DNA from: Octopus sinensis
Lineage: Eukaryota
Direction: 5' to 3'
NCBI RefSeq assembly: GCF_006345805.1
Contig: NW_021835651.1
Location: forward strand, 1-26,081
DNA length: 26,081 nucleotides
In this document: positions 21,077 through 26,081 of the stretch, piece after piece
Position numbering within the stretch: the first letter of the stretch is position 1
How the letters are laid out: each line of letters opens with the position of its first letter
Translations under genes and position numbers: made by a program
The notes under the pieces: model-generated
What the model saw: the letters and a program-made list of their open reading frames with translations, nothing else
Database searches by the model: none
Told to the model about the DNA's origin: nothing

Positions 21077-22747
21077 TTACAGACGAACGCCTTCGAAGAA
21101 TTATGATAGGATTAAAACGATAATAGCAACAGACGACGACGACGACGATGAGCACGATTATGAGAAAGAAAGAGCAAATACAATATCAATGATGATAACA
21201 ACAACAACAACAACAATAATAATAATGCGGGTGATGTTAACATGAATTATTAGTAAGCAAGACACTGACAGTGGTATTGAGAATAAGAGACAGAACCACC
21301 CACAACTGCGACAAGAAGAACAACCAGTGGCTATGATGGACGTTGGTAGTAATGGCAAAGGACGAGAACAACAACAGCAGAAACAACAGCATATCCCCCC
21401 ACACACACTCACAAAGACAATAACAACAACAACAACAAATATGTTAGTAAAAATATTAATTAATCGTAACGTTAATCAAGAGTTTGTGAGTAGACAAATG
21501 GCTCTTATGATGACAGTGACGACGATGATGATGATGACGATGATGATGATGATGGTGACGACGACGACGGTGTTGGTGGTGGTGGTGGTGGTGGTTTACC
21601 GAAATCTACGTCCTCCCCGCCACACATAAAAATACAATACATACAAACACGCACACGCACGCACATGCGCACACACATATATACACAGACGATGGTGATG
21701 ATGATGATAAAGATAATCATGATGATGATGATGATGATAAAGATAATCATGATGATGATGATGATGATAAAGATAATCATGATGATGATGATGATGATGC
21801 AATATTGATGATGTTGTGATACTGAGGTTGCTGTTGAAGAAGAGGAGGAAGAGGAGGAAGTGGAGGTGGTGGACGATAATGACTGCGAGATTGATGCCGT
21901 TGGTGGTGCTGGTGATGATGATGATGATGATGATAATGATGTCGATTCGACGCCGATGCTGGAGAGGAGGAGGAGGAGGAGGAGGAGGATTTGAGGGCTG
22001 TCAATTCGTTAATTGAACAATTACCATTTTTTGCGATGACATGTCATGTCTGCAGAATTGGTTTCCGATTCGGGGTAGGTTTCGGGGTGGGTAGCGAGTC
22101 ATTGCACTTTCTCATTGTTTATCTTAGTGCCACCGGTAAAAGTACCCTTGGCCCCATCGCTGTGATGTAAGGAGAGTGAGGGTGGGGCATAGTTAAGGGT
22201 GCCTTCCCCTTCGCTCTCCTTAACCTTCTCCAGGTCGTGCTCTCCTGAAATCCCTCAACCCTCACTTCCTCTTCCTCTACCTTCTTCCACCACCACCACC
22301 ACCACCACCGCAATCTTCCACCACACCCCTTACCTTCCCGAACCTTCCTTCTCCCCCCCCCGCACCCTGCCACCCTACTCCAACCCAGTCTCCTCCATTT
22401 TCCTTCCCCATCACAACAAACGCATTCTTCTTAATCACTTCTCCACGCATTAAATAACTCTCGCCACTGTCAATACCTCCACTATCACCACCACCACCCC
22501 ACACACACACCATCTCCACCAACACCACCATCACCATCACCAACACCACCGCCACCACCGTCGCCAACACCATCTCCACCAACACCACCATTCCAACACC
22601 GAGGCCACCACCATCACCCCTACCATCGTCGTTTTCACCGTCACCCCACTGACACCAACAAAAACATGTCGTCACTCCCATCAGCAATATCACCACCATT
22701 ATTGTACCCCGCTTCCATTACTATCATCATCGTCATCATCATCTTCG

Positions 22748-22788
<41 letters not shown>

Positions 22789-22886
22789 GTCATCACTACC
22801 ATTGTCATAAATCTCACCACCAACCACAACACCATCTTAATCTCAACCATCATCAACCACAATCCCTCATTATCATAACCCTCACT

Positions 22887-22922
<36 letters not shown>

Positions 22923-22945
22923 GTCGTCGTCGTCGTCGTCGTCGC
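20775..22945. repeat. Microsatellite-dominated region downstream of the SFRP stop: (TA), (GATA), (CAA), (GAT), (GGA), (CCA), (CAT), (CGT)
   Basis: Direct inspection. The 3' UTR end cannot be placed; the first AATAAA I noticed after the stop is at 23228. Confidence 0.85.
21691..21798. repeat. 30-bp higher-order repeat, (GAT)6-AAAGATAATCAT x3 plus a partial copy
   Basis: Units start at 21691, 21721 and 21751; the first has one substitution. Confidence 0.95.
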
Positions 22946-23286
22946 CGAGATGTTTACTATTGCTTTTCAGCAGCATGGGTGGATGGTCACTCCGTGGACA
23001 TTGCTACTTCAGATTCGGGATGGTTTCGGGGTGTTTTATAGGATAAGAACGTTGAGCTGAAGTTACAGCCTTTAATCTGAAGTTGGTGATAATAGAATTG
23101 TTGCCACCTCAGAGCAAATTGCCGTTATTCTGAGGTTATTCGAACTGTGGTCATGTCGACGCAAGTTTGCTACAATTAGGTTCGGAATTCTACACGGAAT
23201 ATATGGAGTGGGCTGGAGAATTTGTGGAATAAAGAGTAAATTGGTGGGGTGGCAAAGAATGGCGAGCACCAGGAGTAGATGGAAAT

Positions 23287-23409
23287 TATCACAGCATAAG
23301 GGATTAACCAAGAATATCACAGCATAAGGGATTAACCAAGAATATCACAGCATAAGGGATTAACCAAGAATATCACAGCATAAGGGATTAACCAAGAATA
23401 TCACAGCAT
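23287..23409. repeat. Perfect 28-bp minisatellite, 4.4 copies
   Basis: tatcacagcataagggattaaccaagaa starts at 23287, 23315, 23343 and 23371, with a partial copy at 23399. Confidence 0.97.
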
Positions 23410-23884
23410 CTGGAGTGGACGCATTAAGGCGCTTAAGTTTCAGGACCCTACAACATATGGGTAATTTGAAAGTACTTTAGAAAAAGGCATAAATATTTGG
23501 TGGTACCAGTTTCAAGGTACCACATTATGATGGTTAAAGCGAAGTTTTTGCAATATCAGGGGTAGATTGTATGGGTTACATATTTAGACTGCAGAGTTAG
23601 AAATAACAACTGGATTTATCGTAGTTTTAGGAAAACATTAAAAGGGGTTTGATTAGGGAGTACAGCAATATAACGGGTAGATGTGAAGTTTATCGGGTAC
23701 GTCAGAAAACAGGAAAACTAAAAACTGAGAACGGGAAGGTTGAACAACCATTCTGATGCGATAGACTGAGGACGTTGAAATAGCCTCAGATTTGAAGTAC
23801 CAGAGTACAAAAAGAGGACTGACATTATTAAGGGTGGATAGATTACCCCAGCGAATAAGGACTAGTCAGAAACACAACAGCGTA

Positions 23885-24054
23885 GCATGCATATAATAAA
23901 TGTGTACATATGTGTATGTATAAACATATACACATATATGCATGTATACAAGCGTGTATAAATATAGAGTCACATGTGTATATGTATGTATGTATGTATG
24001 TATGTAGTAAATAGTTTGGATCGTTAGCGCTTCATGAGAATCAGATATCAGGAG

Positions 24055-24100
<46 letters not shown>

Positions 24101-24428
24101 CATACATATATACATATATATACATATATGTATACATACATTTATTTATATATATGTATACATACATTTATGTATATATATATATACACATGTATATGTG
24201 TAGTAGTTGGTCGCTATAGATTGGTGGAGTAAATAAATGTGGAGATGGTGACATAAGATGGAGAAAATCTGTTTGTAATCACAGCATCCCATCATCTGGA
24301 CGGCCCAACATGTTATAAAACATGTGTGACACTTCTCAATGTAAACTATACATACTCTTGGTGTAGACCATAGGAAGCGAGGCTGTTTATGATGTATGTG
24401 CGCGTGTGTGTGTATGTGTGTGTATATA

Positions 24429-24463
<35 letters not shown>

Positions 24464-24690
24464 CATATATATGTGTGTGTGTATGCGCGTAAAAATATAT
24501 AAATTTATATATGCATACATATATACATACACACACACACATATACATACATATACATTGAGAGAGCGAAAGAGAGAGAGAGAGAGACCTACATACACGT
24601 ATGCACATAGGTACAGTCATTACATACATATATATATACAAGTATATATATATACATATACACACGCATGTATTTATACAAGTGTGTGTG

Positions 24691-24728
<38 letters not shown>

Positions 24729-24790
24729 CGCACACATTTATTTATATCAATGTAGGTATGCACGCGCAAATACACACACACACACACAGA
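23885..24790. repeat. (TA)n/(TG)n/(CA)n/(GA)n cluster
   Basis: Direct inspection. Confidence 0.9.
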
Positions 24791-25777
24791 CTCATAGAAG
24801 CTACACCAACCATCGCCGCCTCGACAATAACGACGTATATGACTGGAATTACACACTAAACAAACAGCAACATACGTCATAACGTGGACATAAAGTTTAA
24901 ACGCATAAGAAGACTAAAGACACATATGACTAATGTCTAAGACAGAGACAAAACAGTTTGATCTTGCTGTACAAGCAGTTATGACAAATACCGAACGTCA
25001 TAAAGAAGACATCATAATACACATATACATATGTGTACAAATACACACACGGGCGAACACACAGGTACACAAACATACACACAACACATGGGTATAAATG
25101 AAATTTTAAAACAAATAATTCTTTCTACGAGGACAATATTTGAATATTTGACACTTAAAGAAAAAAAAAATTAAGACACACGCTATGGAAGACATGAAAA
25201 TAATTTTACACATGCTTGGAACGGTGTTAACAGTCGAAAGCGCCTACATATATATATATAATATATATATATATTTAGATGAATATGATTGAGGCATCAG
25301 AATTTAGTACGGTATTATTCATACAATTTCAAAGTAAGGTGATTAAAATCAAAATAAGCAACAAGGATATCCTTGTTGCTTAGTTTGATATATATATATA
25401 TATATATATATATACTCTTCATATCTTTCAGAAGCTCTGTGTTAATCTGAGATTTTAAAGAGATTTTTAAAGATAAATTTTAATTAAAAAAGGATGTTTT
25501 TTTAAAATATATGTTTTATATATAACTGACGTCATAATATACATAAAATAATAAAATAACACGGACGCAAATATTTGAATCATTTTTTTTTTTAGAAAGT
25601 AAAAAATTCTGTAAAAAATCATGATGAAGGTAGTATTATATTCACAATGGGGTGGCGGAATGAAAGGTAAATGAAAAATAATAATAAAAGTCCCAAAATA
25701 TGCAAAAACTTGGTATTAAGCAGACATGCCACTCTGTCTAGTATCTCCTGCTTTCCACCTTATAATTTCACTAGAAG

Positions 25778-25915
25778 CTTGTAGTAGTAGTAGTAGTAGT
25801 AGTAAGTAGTAGTAGTAGTAGTAGTAGTAGTCAGCAGCAGCAGTAGTAGCAGCAGCAGCAGTAGCAGCAGCTGTAGCAGCAGTAGCAGTAGTAGTAGTAG
25901 TAGTAGTAGTAGTGA
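25778..25915. repeat. Compound (TAG)n-(CAG/TAG)-(TAG)n microsatellite
   Basis: Direct inspection. Confidence 0.95.
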
Positions 25916-25919
25916 TGGT

Positions 25920-26005
25920 GTTAATTTCTAATTTAAACACAAGGCCAGCAATTCTGAGGCGGGGTGGGAAATTAGTCGACGCTATTTTGACTCCAGTACT
26001 GGATA
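25920..26005 (-). mobile_element. SINE 3' fragment; the adjacent (TAG)/(CAG) tract is its probable tail
   Basis: The reverse complement ctggagtcaaaatagcgtcgact...cagaattgctggccttgtgtttaaattagaaatt resembles the SINE 3' ends at 5700-5765 and 1622-1663. Confidence 0.6.
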
Positions 26006-26081
26006 GAATAATAATACAACAATGGGTGGTAGAAGAAGAAGAAGAACAAGAACAACAAACAACAAGGTTTATAGTTTTGAA

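Noticed and set aside
23287-23409. CRISPR-like 28-bp repeats
   Set aside because: The units are directly adjacent with no spacers, there are no cas genes, and the context is eukaryotic.
23500-23523. Hairpin gtggtacc-N8-ggtaccac
   Set aside because: An 8-bp stem is plausible by chance and does not extend into a pre-miRNA-length structure.
189-25940. Most ORFs in the track (poly-YI, HT, CV, poly-I/M/S/T/L/H)
   Set aside because: They are translations of di-, tri- and tetranucleotide microsatellites, which lack stops in some frames; no domain content or exon support.

Overview
Eukaryotic genomic DNA, extremely rich in microsatellites (roughly a third or more by eye, not computed). The SINE families and repeat load point to an octopus-like coleoid cephalopod (inference). 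The one supportable protein-coding gene is on the + strand: a secreted Frizzled-related protein of the SFRP1/2/5 type. Two coding exons are visible: a 78-nt phase 1-1 internal exon (8789-8866), which the ORF track misses, and the terminal coding exon (20213-20730). Spliced, they encode a six-cysteine netrin-like (NTR/C345C) domain followed by an unusual 67-aa tail that includes a 49-aa stretch with 32 Lys/Arg. The Frizzled-CRD exon 1 was not found and presumably lies upstream of the window. The introns contain decayed mobile elements: tRNA-derived SINEs (two inverted pairs), CR1 and R4/Dong-like LINE fragments, an internally deleted mariner, a hAT-type MITE and a non-autonomous Helitron with all terminal hallmarks. 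Main leads: the polybasic SFRP tail, a CR1-SINE shared 3' tail, inverted SINE pairs as possible dsRNA/ADAR substrates, a candidate 18-nt frame-preserving microexon, and a perfect 28-bp minisatellite carrying four TAATCC (Otx/Bicoid-type) sites downstream of the gene. Nearly all other ORFs in the track are microsatellite artefacts. All family comparisons are from memory; no searches were run.
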